Both the position numbers and the translations under genes were made by a program. Under the pieces are notes generated by a model. It saw only the letters and a program-made list of their open reading frames with translations. It was not told where the DNA came from and did no database searches. Below, in pieces: positions 32,098 through 43,057 of a stretch of DNA of 64,000 nt. Each line of letters starts with the position of its first letter. Within the stretch, counting starts at the first letter, position 1. Source of the DNA: Epithemia pelagica (taxonomy: Eukaryota > Protista > Bacillariophyta); assembly GCA_946965045.2 (NCBI GenBank), contig OX337239.1, positions 2,418,001 through 2,482,000 of the forward strand, written 5' to 3'.

Positions 32098-33072
32098 TCA
32101 TGCCGCCGCAATGGATCGCGGTGACACTTCGCATGATTGTTGTCGTTGCAGACACGTCTTGTTGTTGTTGTTGTTGTTGTTGACTGCTGCTGGTTTGGGA
32201 GCCGACACGGTCGAGGCAAAGACGGATTGGGCGGCGGGTTCTTGGACGACGGCTTGGTACAACCACATTTGGATTTCCGTGACATCGCCTTGCAAGTCAA
32301 TGGCTTGTGCCAAGTGCGTGGCAATCGACTCGAGTGTGGTCGTGTCGACGCATCCGACACTTTCCAACGAATTCATGAGCGAACAAAAGGCCACCACCGA
32401 AGGAGGGACTTGCAAAAAGTCGTATTCGGCAACGGCCAATTCGGTTTGGAATTTGGTCAAATCGTAGAGCGTGGCTCGCACAAAGGGATCCGACAAAACA
32501 TGAGACGACGGGATCAAGTCGAGATAGTGTCGGACAAAGGCCATGGCCGTGGGTGGATTGACTCTCCACGTCAGGGCGGTCAAGAGCTGGGCTTCCATGG
32601 CCTCCACTTCGTGCGGCAAGTACGTGCCTCGACTGAGCGTGGATACCAATTTGGGATCCATGGCTTCGGGTTCGTGAATCTTGACGGCCGTGTACAAGGC
32701 CGTCATGGCCGCCAATTGGTACGTTTTGCGATCCGTCAAGGCGGCTTGCGCCAAGGGACTGGCCACAAATCGGTCCAACAAATTCATGGCAATGGCCACC
32801 GTTTCGCGATTGAATTTGCAAAAGTCCACCACTTGGTAACACCAGGCGGCCATTTTTGTACGGCAGTCGACATCAATCGGGTCCTGCAGCAGCATGGCAT
32901 TCAACGGACCACACTGAGGAGGAGATGAGGGAGATGTGGTGTCGTCTTGATGCAAAAAGTCACAGGTTTTGTACCCATGAGCTTCTTGTTGGCACATGGC
33001 CTTGACTCGATGCAAGGTTTCCTCGGTGTTGTCGTTGTTGTCGTTGATCATGGTGGTGATGGACAAAGTCAT
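32098..33072 (-). CDS. Cyclin (diatom-specific-type)
   Basis: Cyclin box CRTKMAAWCYQVVDFCKFNRETVAIAMNLLDRF, YQLAAMT.LY.AVKIHEP, LTWRVNPPT. Confidence 0.92.
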   Translation of the reverse strand: MTLSITTMINDNNDNTEETLHRVKAMCQQEAHGYKTCDFLHQDDTTSPSSPPQCGPLNAMLLQDPIDVDCRTKMAAWCYQVVDFCKFNRETVAIAMNLLDRFVASPLAQAALTDRKTYQLAAMTALYTAVKIHEPEAMDPKLVSTLSRGTYLPHEVEAMEAQLLTALTWRVNPPTAMAFVRHYLDLIPSSHVLSDPFVRATLYDLTKFQTELAVAEYDFLQVPPSVVAFCSLMNSLESVGCVDTTTLESIATHLAQAIDLQGDVTEIQMWLYQAVVQEPAAQSVFASTVSAPKPAAVNNNNNNNKTCLQRQQSCEVSPRSIAAA

Positions 33073-34518
33073 AGTGAGTAGTAGAGGTGCAAAGAAGCAA
33101 AAAACGAGAAGGAAAGAACAAGCGAAATAATTTTTTGTGGGAAGAGTGTGTGGGTCTTTTTTCGGTTTTGCCTTTGGTGGGATCTGACATCTGACACGAA
33201 TTGAAGCGGATGACGGGTGGGGAGAAGGGACACCGAGCCCAAGGAAGGGACAAGGATGCTACGTGCGACAGTGGCAGTGGCCACGCACTATCTATCCACG
33301 ACAACCGCGAATGGGACTTCTTCGGGGTATGTTTGTTGGGGAAACTTGGAAGGGCAACTCCGTCCGCATAACAACAACCAAGCTTCAAGATCTCTTGGCA
33401 AGATACAAAAAGCTACTCGCACGATACAAACGTCGCGAGCGGGTTTGCGGTAGTTCCCCGTGGTTCTGTCGCGTTGAATTCGCACGAGTCCGTGGAGGGA
33501 GTTGCGCACGCAAGAGGTAGCATCAGATCCCGCCTGAGTCGGTTCTCGGCTCCCATCTTCTTCTGCTTCCGCAACTTCTACTGCCTGCGCGGGATCTGAT
33601 ATCTGATAGGTGAGATTGTCCGAAACAAAGGGAAATTGTTGAAAACCGGTTCTGCATTCGCGGACCCAAAGTTCCGCCGCTAGCGCACCGCGCGAAGCAC
33701 CAACACAACGATCAACGATCCATGAGAAATCCGAACGCCAAGTAAGGGCCTTACGAGTAAGTTCGCGACCATGAGACATTCAAAACAGGATCAGCAATCA
33801 GCACGTGGAATCAGTCATTCCATGATTTATTGGGAGTGATTCTAGATGGACCCGATGTAAAAGTCAGCTTGAAATCAAGCGCAACCGGTTTCGGAATACG
33901 AATACACTCAGGCCCAGACATTCTCTTCACGTTCTCCTACTCTTGTGTGATAGAGGTTCTCCATGCGGAAAGAGAAGCCCATCCAGCAAAATACAAATAA
34001 TGACCGAACCCAACCGACTTCAATCTCCTAAAAATAGCAATGAGAAGAATTAACAAGTCATAATGACTTTATGGGGTCATTGCTCGTATTTGACTTATGC
34101 TTTTTGTTCTTCCATGACTTTTCAAAGTCATCTTCGTGTTTGGAGCTTACAGCCCTACAAAATACGAATACAGGGCTAAAGCGCCCTTCAAGATCAGGAT
34201 GACAAGCATAAGTTCCTTATTACAACTATTGTTTATCGCAAGACATGATGCAATACAGCCCATGATTTCTCCCTATCATATTCCTTAATTCCAAAAGTCA
34301 TTCGGACGATCAGACACAAGGACTTACAACTATGAGTAACGGGATACGGGGTCCTGGGTAAAAACTATGCAATTACCACAAACTACCTCCTCTCTAGCTA
34401 GCTTGGAGTAAATACCCTCGACTTGATATAGGACTCTACTAGAGCTAGTAGAGTCGACGAATGGAGTCCACAAATGGGGTGTTCCCAACGCACCCTAACC
34501 AGAGACCACCATCATCTG

Positions 34519-34940
34519 GGTTACCCGGTACTATGTCCATTATAGTGTACAAACTAGTTCTGGGCTATAGTGGATAGTCTTATTAAGTATAAGTTGTGGA
34601 CATGCGTCGTCCTCTTATGTAATTTTTGAGTCCTCCTAAGTAAGAATATCTGACATGAATGAGAATAAGAGATTGTGTACCCGTTGAGTCGTACAAAGAA
34701 TATTGCCTTCACAGTTACTTACATAATCACAAAATGTAACATATAACCCTATACGATAATAAGTACTATTCCAACGGCTTGTGACATCTACTTATTCGGC
34801 GAAAAAGACAAATGGACAACCATGAAACGGACAACTGACATCAATGACCATGGTGGTCCAAGGCCCTTGCGCATCACCAATATACCGTCCGAAACATTAA
34901 AGAGGTCTTCTATAATGCGCACAAGGTCACTGGGCCCATG
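34519..34940 (+). repeat. Left terminal inverted repeat (~420 bp)
   Basis: Aligns by eye with the reverse complement of ~41493-41909 with scattered mismatches. Confidence 0.9.
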
Positions 34941-35345
34941 GGACACCTTCATTGACAACTGCTAAAATGAATCGGACATTGGACAATCGGACACGGACAA
35001 CGGACAATGGACATGGACAGTGGACAATCGGACACGGACAATGGACAACGGACATGGACACGAAAAAGACAAAACCTTTTGGTTGACACAACACGTCCAT
35101 CCACACCAACCAACCATCAAAGTCAACACCCACAATCGTGTTGACACTAACAAAGCACTATGCAGCAATCAAACTCGCGTATTGTGCATGGGGGACGTTA
35201 TTGACAAGGAAACAGGACAATTGGACAACGATGGACAACGATGGACATGATGGACACAGTCAGACGACTGCATCAGATCCAAACAACAATCAAACAAAAG
35301 ACCAAGTGACAGAGAATCGACACAACAATCATAGAAGAAGCTATT

Positions 35346-35957
35346 TTAAGCAGGCTTTGGCTTGGTATTACGCAGGTCGACATGGTCAGTCTTTCGCTTC
35401 TTCTTGTGCTTTCGAAGGAATGCGTTTCGTTTCTTTGCTTCTTTCTCTTCTTTCTCGATGCGCTTCTGTTCGCAATAGAACGCGAACTTCTGACGTCGGA
35501 TCTCTTGATAGATATGCTGACGGAATACAGTCAAGTCGAATTGACGGTATTCCTCACGCAGGTTGCGAAGGACACCCGGCGTAAACCTCTCGTGCATCTT
35601 GTCTTTCACGTCTTGCGCGAGCAGCTTCTTGGCATCGGACATATGCCAGAAGGGGCGTCCAAAGGAGTCGACCTTGGAGGGAGGATGAAGTGCCAGGTCG
35701 TGTTGGAGAGCAGCTTCCTCGTGGCTTGTCGCTTTCTGACGTCCTATGACCTGTCGCTTGTGGTCATAGAAACGTTGCTCGAATTGGGAAAAAACAACAA
35801 ACTCTCGAATAAACATTTCGTCGGTAGCGTAGATGGCCCACGCCTCTTCTGCTGATAGTTCCATAGGAACGACACCAGCCTCTAAATCACTAATGATTAT
35901 TTTCCTAGACTGGCTATTCCGCCAATCAATCCAATCTGGATTCGTCGACGACGGCAT
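35346..35957 (-). CDS. Element-borne hypothetical basic protein (possible helical nucleic-acid-binding protein)
   Basis: Intact ORF (likely start MPSSTNPDWIDWRNS); two W..S.AK/SR-type helical blocks, FRQHIYQEIRRQK, Lys-rich tail. Confidence 0.65.
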   Translation of the reverse strand: MPSSTNPDWIDWRNSQSRKIIISDLEAGVVPMELSAEEAWAIYATDEMFIREFVVFSQFEQRFYDHKRQVIGRQKATSHEEAALQHDLALHPPSKVDSFGRPFWHMSDAKKLLAQDVKDKMHERFTPGVLRNLREEYRQFDLTVFRQHIYQEIRRQKFAFYCEQKRIEKEEKEAKKRNAFLRKHKKKRKTDHVDLRNTKPKPA

Positions 35958-36541
35958 GGTAGGAAGTAGGAAGAGCAAAATGTGAGAGCCCGAAAGAAGA
36001 GGTGCGCTTCCAGCTGCCACTATAGTACTTAGTGTGCCCCCCCCCCCCCCCCCCGCAACGCCGGGGGACCTCCTCGGCCAAATTTTGAACTAGGCACGAT
36101 CGTCACAAACACGGGAGCACAATGTCGAACCCAATCCCAGAAGTGCCAAACCATATGGAAACACGACACTAAGTGATGGACCCGACTGAGCATGGTGTAT
36201 AGCAGTTGAAATAGAACTCTAGGAGTAGGAGTAGGAGTAGGACGTTGAAACCACGGGAAGCGATTCCCGCTCAACGACGACTATTGCTGCGCGATTCATG
36301 TTTGGACGCCAAATCATAGCGAAACATGTCTCACAGCGAGGCTGCAAAGACTTGACTAAAGCATGCTCGTTTATATGCATCTATAACACTTAAAATAGAA
36401 CTAGGAGTAGGAGTAGGGCGTTGAAACGGGAAGCGGTTCCCGCTCAACGCTGCATGACTCATCTGCTTGGACTTCCACGACCACCAAGAGGTTTGCCATC
36501 CAGTTGATTGTTGTCTGTTGTCTCATAATCTGGCCAAGACG

Positions 36542-37896
36542 ATGCCCCGAAAGCCAAAAGTTTCGGATCATCAAGTGGCCACGCTCCTTCAGCACATTGA
36601 GGAACAGAACAAGCCGCGTTCGCAAGTTACTTTCTCGGACATTGGTGAGTTGCTGTGTTGACTGTTTCGCTCTATGTGCTGCGTGGATTGTTGAGTTCTC
36701 AGATGTGCCATCTCATATGTCTACGTTTGATTGTCGTTTCAGTTGCTGCCACCGGTTCCACATACGGAACGTCGGGAGACAACTTTCGCACGCTCCAAAA
36801 GCGTTGCTCCCATTTCACGAATCTCTCGATTGAAAAGTATTACGCGTTGCTCCAAAAGCACAAGCAAACTCCCAACAATCACACTCAGACCGAGTGGTCT
36901 GAGTACGAAGACTTGCAGGCATACGAAGAGGAGGTAAAGGAGAAGAAAGCAACAGCAGTCAAGGTTGAGCCCACGATCGACAACGACGCAACTTACGACC
37001 AAGGACACGCAGCAACTTACGACAACGACGACTGGACAGTGGACGAAAGTGTGCAGACGCCTCTCCGACCAAGGTTTGTTGGCCAACCGGCACCCAGACC
37101 CCCTTTAGCACTGAAGAACCCAGCACCCCCTCCAACTTCTGATTTCCGCCCGATCGCTTTGTCAACCCCGAACACGATCCCCAAGCCTGCCGATATCGTC
37201 CGCATCCATCGTTCCCCAGCTCGCAAGATGTCTTCAACTCCGTTCAAGTCGATTGTAAGCGAGGACACGCATCCCCCCTTGGGAACTGCCGAGAACCCTT
37301 ACATCGTCTATTTGAACCTTCATTGCCCGGAGGCTAATGGACCCTTCGAAGTGTTTGTGATGAAGGGGCTGGAGTACAACTCCATGGATCGTACGGTGTA
37401 CATGATCCGGTTGTCCGTTCATCCGAACGACTCGAAGCTTTATACTGCCAAGGTCAACATGACCGACGACGACTTCAAGGAGAAGTCAGTGCATGTGACG
37501 GGGCCTTGGCGTGACAGCTGGCACAAGGACAGCGACCAATTTCTCGAGATGGTGGACGAAGACTTCCACCAGGCCTGTCAGAAGGCACTCAAGAAGGCCG
37601 CGGCAAAGAGCACCAGCTCCAACTATGGGAACAAGCACTGGGAATTGATCTTCCCCGACGGCGTTGTCCTCGACAACACCGTCTTCCGTCCAGGAAACAA
37701 CACTCTGATAGCAAAGGAAAAGGCCCTGATGCATCAGGTGGCCGGAAAAGATGAGAAAGGCAAGGACATTGTCTTGTATGGAATGTTCTTGCACTGGTGG
37801 ATTGCTGAAAAGAATGGGGCGGAAGAAATGGGTCACGACGCGGAGGAAGAAGAGCTTGCGTCCCTTTTGAAGCGCAAGGCAAGGATCACGAAGTGA
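36542..37896 (+). CDS. Element-borne protein with an N-terminal helical (Myb/SANT-like?) region; exons 36542-36644 and 36743-37896
   Basis: A 98-nt gtgagt...ttcag intron joins MPRKPKVSDHQVATLLQHIEE..SDI to VAATGSTYG.. in frame. The Myb-like assignment is an inference from typical Harbinger ORF2. Confidence 0.7.
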
Positions 37897-38140
37897 TCAC
37901 ATTATGAAAATTATGAGAGCATGAATGAGAATGAATGAACGATATTGATAGCACACTATAACAAGACTAAACTCGTGATTGAGAGAATCGAACAATTAGT
38001 AGAAAGATATGTCCCCTTCAACGTCTCAACGCTGTTCTTTAGGCTAGCTGGCTGCCAGTATAAGTTGGAGGAAGACAAGTTTTCATTTTTTTTACCAAAA
38101 CGATCATTTTTGTCGTTGCCCCAAAACTTCACCCTTCACC

Positions 38141-38926
38141 ATGGGCAAGTCAGAGCAAAATCAAGTTTCAGACTTGAAAAAACTCGCGAAACGATGCGAG
38201 AAGCAAAAGAATCGGAAGTACTCAACAACAATCAGCGCACAGCAGCAGCGAGTCAACAGGGCTGTCGTCGCTGTCAAAGCAAAACCTGGTCGAGCTCCCA
38301 AGAACTTGGTCAAGAAGCTCGACGAGCTTCTGCACACAACAAACCGTGGAACGCTCAACGCGTTCATTGCCGACAAGATCGACTGCACCATCGACTTGTC
38401 TGGCGCCAAGGTCCGGAAGGAATATGGGACGAAGAAGACTGGGAAGCCAGCGTCGACGCTTCTCAACCCCAAGTCGACATCGAAGAATTTTGTTGTGTTG
38501 AGCGGTTCGGTTCAGATTCCGCTGGATGGTGTCAGCTGGGTGATCAGTTACGGTGGTTGTGCCCTGCTGCGGATCGCAAAGTCAGGGATGGAGGGAGGAG
38601 GATTTGGTTTGTTTGCGGAGAAGGACTACGAGGAAGACGAATGTGTTGGGTACTACTGTGGCCGAATGATCAGCGGCAAGCAGATCAAGGCATCAAACTA
38701 CTCCATCAAGACAAGCACCAATCCACCTCAAGTTTGGCAAGCACGGCGAGAGGATGTGTGGATGGGTCTTCACTTTGTGAATGACCCATTCTTGTCGAAC
38801 TATGGAAAGACCAAGGTGGACAGTGAATCCACAAAATATAACATCAAAATAGACGGCAATCTACGAGTAACAGCCAAACGGTTCATTCGTAAAGGAACCG
38901 AGTTGTTCTTGCATTACAACTATTAG
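38141..38926 (+). CDS. SET-domain protein (putative lysine methyltransferase) carried inside the transposon
   Basis: IAKSGMEGGGFGLFAEKD..GYYCG, LHFVNDP, RVTAKRFIRKGTELFLHYNY; Lys-rich N-terminus; no post-SET cysteines. Confidence 0.85.
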   Translation: MGKSEQNQVSDLKKLAKRCEKQKNRKYSTTISAQQQRVNRAVVAVKAKPGRAPKNLVKKLDELLHTTNRGTLNAFIADKIDCTIDLSGAKVRKEYGTKKTGKPASTLLNPKSTSKNFVVLSGSVQIPLDGVSWVISYGGCALLRIAKSGMEGGGFGLFAEKDYEEDECVGYYCGRMISGKQIKASNYSIKTSTNPPQVWQARREDVWMGLHFVNDPFLSNYGKTKVDSESTKYNIKIDGNLRVTAKRFIRKGTELFLHYNY

Positions 38927-38976
38927 AACTTAAAATCTTAGAACGACTCATCACTAATTGACTTTTTAGGCTACGA

Positions 38977-39912
38977 TTAGATAGAAAAAAGCGGTGCTCC
39001 GTTTTCGATCTGGTATTGCACCATAACGCAAACCGCTTCAAATGCTGCCTTGTGCAGCAGGGGATCATGACGGAAGGTTTGTGAGAGGATCGCGAAGTTT
39101 TTGATCCTCTCGTTGAAAGTCTCGTGTCGCGAACGAGCACGGGCTTTGAAGCCAGCCAACGCCTTGCTGTCAGCTCTGTTCGGCGTGGCAAGCTTGCGGA
39201 TCTCGTCCGGTTTGGACGAGTTGTACCCACGATCGGCGATTGCCATCTTGCCATCCACGAGCATATGCTTCAGCCCTTCACGGAAGATTGTTAGGTCATG
39301 CTTTCCGCCTCGATGTGGACCGTTGATCCACACAAGGTTCCCATCCCAAACCGATATAGCAAGCTCATATTTCAAAGCAGCATGTTTGAATTTGTTTGAG
39401 TAGTACTTTCGGTCAACGGGTAGGGTGGGATGTCGTACCTCCCAGATTTGCATGTCCACACCATCTACCGTGACTGCAAATTGTGCGCTCTCTGGTAGGT
39501 CGAGCTCTTCTGACCACACAATCTTCTTGACCTTCAACCCCTGGATCTTTTGGATCCATTTCCAAACATGCTCGCCACGGGAGACCCTTTCGCATTGTCG
39601 AAAGCGCGTTGCGACCAAATACGAATTCTTCGGGTACGTCGTCATAAAGAAGAGTGAGACGAGAAACTTCTTCAGACCCGAAGCAGTGTTCTCCGATGGA
39701 CTGAGTCTCAACGACGGGTCCTCGGATGTTCGGAGATCATGCCAGATCTCCGCGACCACAACCTGATTCGAGCCGTAGTGGCTCCGAAAGATCGTCTCTT
39801 TCATTTTCTCATTCATCCTTTGCTTGACGTGGGGCGCAATCCCTGCAATAAGAACTCCATGCTCGAGCATGTCTTGCGGTGTTTCCAAGATCAAAGGCCT
39901 ACCTCGCGCCAT
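38977..39912 (-). CDS. PIF/Harbinger (DDE_Tnp_4-like) transposase
   Basis: VTVDGVD, YSNKFKHAALKYELAI..G.LVWINGP..GG.HDL, AIADRGY, ARSRHETFNERIKNF.IL. Likely ATG at 39912 (the ORF opens at 40008). Confidence 0.92.
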   Translation of the reverse strand: MARGRPLILETPQDMLEHGVLIAGIAPHVKQRMNEKMKETIFRSHYGSNQVVVAEIWHDLRTSEDPSLRLSPSENTASGLKKFLVSLFFMTTYPKNSYLVATRFRQCERVSRGEHVWKWIQKIQGLKVKKIVWSEELDLPESAQFAVTVDGVDMQIWEVRHPTLPVDRKYYSNKFKHAALKYELAISVWDGNLVWINGPHRGGKHDLTIFREGLKHMLVDGKMAIADRGYNSSKPDEIRKLATPNRADSKALAGFKARARSRHETFNERIKNFAILSQTFRHDPLLHKAAFEAVCVMVQYQIENGAPLFSI

Positions 39913-40174
39913 TCTAGAAAATACCTGTCTTCCGCGAAAAACTAAAATTACGTGTGCTTCTACTATGTTTGTTTTTGGCTCGCTGATGTTTTGGGGCGCG
40001 TCCCCCATCCCGCGGGGCGAATTCTGCTTTCTGTCACGTTCACAAAACCAATCGATGGAAACTCATTTTTTTGCCTACTTTGATCATTCCTACTTCGATC
40101 ATTTTAGCTACGAGCAAGGAGTAAAGAAGAAGAGCAAGGAGTAAAGAAGAAGATCATCAAGAGGCAATAGAACC

Positions 40175-40597
40175 ATGTCCCAGAAAGGAGAACCCATTCG
40201 CTTTGTCGCTGGGACCTACAATGGTAAACGGGGCTGGATTGACATCAGCCGCGCTGCGACGGCGAAGATGTTTCCAGTGATTGTCGACATGGGAGAAGGG
40301 GTGGAAAAGATCACGGCGGTGAGGAAGACAAGTGTCCAGAAGCAAAGTGAGCGGAAAGAGCCTTCCTCTTTTGAGGAGGCAATCTTGGATCAGCAGCCGA
40401 AGGTGAAGCATGCAATGAAGAGGCTTGTCACCAAACTTGCGCAGTGTGGCCTCCAAGACTCTGGACCGATGGCCCTCCTCTTCAAGCTTATGCTTGATGA
40501 GGCCATCGAGCACCAGGAACGCTTGGGCCCCGACGCCGATTGGAAACACATCCGAATGCCCGATGCACCCATGAGTACAGCACAGGACATTGACTAG
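40175..40597 (+). CDS. Element-borne small protein with an N-terminal KOW-like motif
   Basis: KGEPIRFVAGTYNGKRGWI fits the KOW pattern; intact 140-aa ORF divergent from the transposase. Confidence 0.6.
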   Translation: MSQKGEPIRFVAGTYNGKRGWIDISRAATAKMFPVIVDMGEGVEKITAVRKTSVQKQSERKEPSSFEEAILDQQPKVKHAMKRLVTKLAQCGLQDSGPMALLFKLMLDEAIEHQERLGPDADWKHIRMPDAPMSTAQDID

Positions 40598-40756
40598 GGA
40601 AAGAGAAACCTTGAGTTGGTTTGTCGATGACGACCATAATGCCCTACGCCCTACATAGTTGAGTAGATAATAATCATAGTAATCGATTAAGTGCATATAA
40701 ATAGTCTCTATTTTATCCCAAACATGCCTTTTGATTGTTGTTTCACTGTTGTTTGC

Positions 40757-41492
40757 CTAAATTCCTTCATTGTTGGCCAACTTATTGTCTTTCCTTGTTG
40801 TCCGATTCTGTCCATTGTGTCCATCTTTGTCCAACACCCTTGTCCATAACGTCCCCAATGCACAACACGCAAGTTTGATTGTTGTATGATGCTTTGGCAG
40901 TGTCAACATGATCGTGGGTGTTGACTTTGATGGTTGGTTGGCTGGGATCCCAGCATTACGACGGTCATAATCCCATTGTGAAGGTGCTCCCTTTTTCGTG
41001 TCCTCGCGCGTCCGTGTCCATTTGCGCGCTGTCTTTTTCGATTTGTTGTGTCCATAGCCCCCATGTGACCGCGTAGGATGCTCTCCAGGGACCTCACGAC
41101 ATGTCTTGAGACCGCCCAATGCTCAGTTGATTGCTACATGGCACTCATGGAGCTCAAACACCTGTCTTTCTTTGTTGTCCGATTGTGTCCATCGTTGTCC
41201 ACCGTTGTCCAAGACCCTTGTCCATAACGTCCCCAATGCACAATACGCGAGTTTGATTGTTGTATGATGCTTTGTTAGTGTCAACACCATTGTGGGTGTT
41301 GAATTTGATCGTTGGTTGGCTGGGATCCCAGCATTACGACGGTCAAAATCCCATTGTGAAGGTGTTGTCTTTTTCGTGTCCGTGTCCGTTTGCACGCTGT
41401 CCGTGTCCGTTTCGACCTTGTCCATGGACAATTCGACCTTGTCCGATTCAAGTTTTTTGTTGTCAATTACTCCATACTGTCTCATTGCGGCG
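40757..41492. repeat. Subterminal tandem duplication (two ~378-bp units)
   Basis: cccttgtccataacgtccccaatgcacaa at 40837 and 41215; ggctgggatcccagcattacgacggtca occurs twice; one inverted counterpart lies at the left end (~35100-35250). Confidence 0.85.
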
Positions 41493-41909
41493 TCCCACGT
41501 GCCCAGTGACCTTGTGCGCATTATAGAAGACGTCTATAATGTTTCGGACGGTATATTGGTGATGCGCAACCCCACCATGGTCAGTGTTGTCAGTTGTCAG
41601 TTTCACGGTTGTCCATATGTCTTTTTCGCCGAATAAGTAGATGTCACAAGCCGTTGGATTAGTACTTATTATCGTATAGGGTTATAAGTTACATTTTGTG
41701 ATGATGTAAGTAACTGTGGAGGCAATATTCTTTGTACGACTCAACAGGTACACAATCTCTTATTCTCTTTTTCGTCAGATATTCTTATTTAAGAAGACAC
41801 GAAATTTACATAGGTGGACGACGCATGTCCACAACTTATACTTAATAAGACTATCCACTATAGCCCAAATCTAGTTTGTACACTATAATGGACATAGTAC
41901 CGGGTAACC
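41493..41909 (-). repeat. Right terminal inverted repeat (~420 bp)
   Basis: Reverse complement of the left TIR. Confidence 0.9.
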
Positions 41910-43057
41910 CTGTGGTGCCCATCATCGGTATGCCATTGAATCAGACTGGGTTGGGACCACCACCACTTGATGGATCCAAAGAAGTTGGAGAAATGATTTT
42001 TCCGACAATGGCGGTCCGACTCTCCTTGTCGTCAGCACGCAATCTAGGTATACTTCATAATGGTCCACAACAAGCTACACTTGGCGAGCCCCAGAGTTTT
42101 CGTGGCACTGCTTTGTTTGTTGGCAACTTTTGATGAGTGTTCCCAAAACACCATTCTGTCTCGTGCCTCCTTTGCTGGGTGTTTCCATATGTCATATGGT
42201 GTCGTCCACACTGCCTTCCCAATGAGCCATCGCAGAGATGAACAGGATGCCAACTATAGACTGGAGCGTGCCTAGGTAGGAGCACCACACAACGGAACCC
42301 ATTGTATTTTAGGAGGTGGTGTTTATCACAGTTGTTCGTTTGTGCCACCACTGAAGAATTGACTAGAAGCAACAAGATGACAAGGAGACGGAGCTGAATT
42401 GTGGAACTGATGATACAAGTGTCCATCGTCATGAGAGACAATGGGATTGATCGAGAAATATGAATCGACAATGGATGGAATTGATTGTAACCTTATGAAT
42501 CTCAAAATTTTTATGAGCAAACTGAATATGATAGATTGTGATCTATGCCTCCCTTTCAATAGATAGTCTAGTGTCTAGTCTACCGCTGTCCTCATGGTGA
42601 GGACAAGTATACCCCAGTACATTTTCCTACGCAACGGAAAATCACTCAATTTTCAAAGTGGTTTTCAAGGCTTGGGGTAAAAATTCTCTACAGGAAATCG
42701 AATATGAGGAATTTTTTGATATGTTCAGTGGTCGAATCGGCCAAACTTTTTAAAGAAAAATTTATGTTCCAGATTTGAATTTCTTGTAGGCTTTCTACGT
42801 AGGGTACCCGGAGGTAGATTAGACACTAGAGAGTACTTACGGAGGATCGGTCCGCGGATGACGTCATGATTATCCGCTTTCTAAAAGCGACCCCAACGAC
42901 GCACCATGGACGCGATCCGCACACCAACACACACAAGAAGCAGGACACTGTCGTCGTGATTGTCATTCTGAATCCACCTCCCCACGACGACGACAATAAC
43001 AACAACAACACCAATAAGAACAAACACAGTCCATCTAGCCATTCCCAAGAGACCCTC

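Larger units (their letters stand above)
34519..41909. mobile_element. PIF/Harbinger-superfamily DNA transposon (7.4 kb) with long TIRs and five ORFs
   Basis: The TIR ggttacccggtactatgtccattatagtgtacaaactag... at 34519 is mirrored at 41909; CTG flanks both sides (34516-34518, 41910-41912); contains a DDE_Tnp_4-like transposase. Confidence 0.92.

Noticed and set aside
36037-36054. Functional G-quadruplex from the 18-C run
   Set aside because: A homopolymer of uncertain length (error-prone in assemblies); no independent support.
34978-41480. CRISPR-like array from the GGACA units or the 378-bp repeats
   Set aside because: No constant repeat with unique spacers, no cas genes and a eukaryotic context; these are transposon subterminal repeats.
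41913-42830. Remnant transposase fragment (42044-42253) and a second DNA-transposon terminus near 42600-42830
   Set aside because: No catalytic motif and no matching inverted partner found on the left side.
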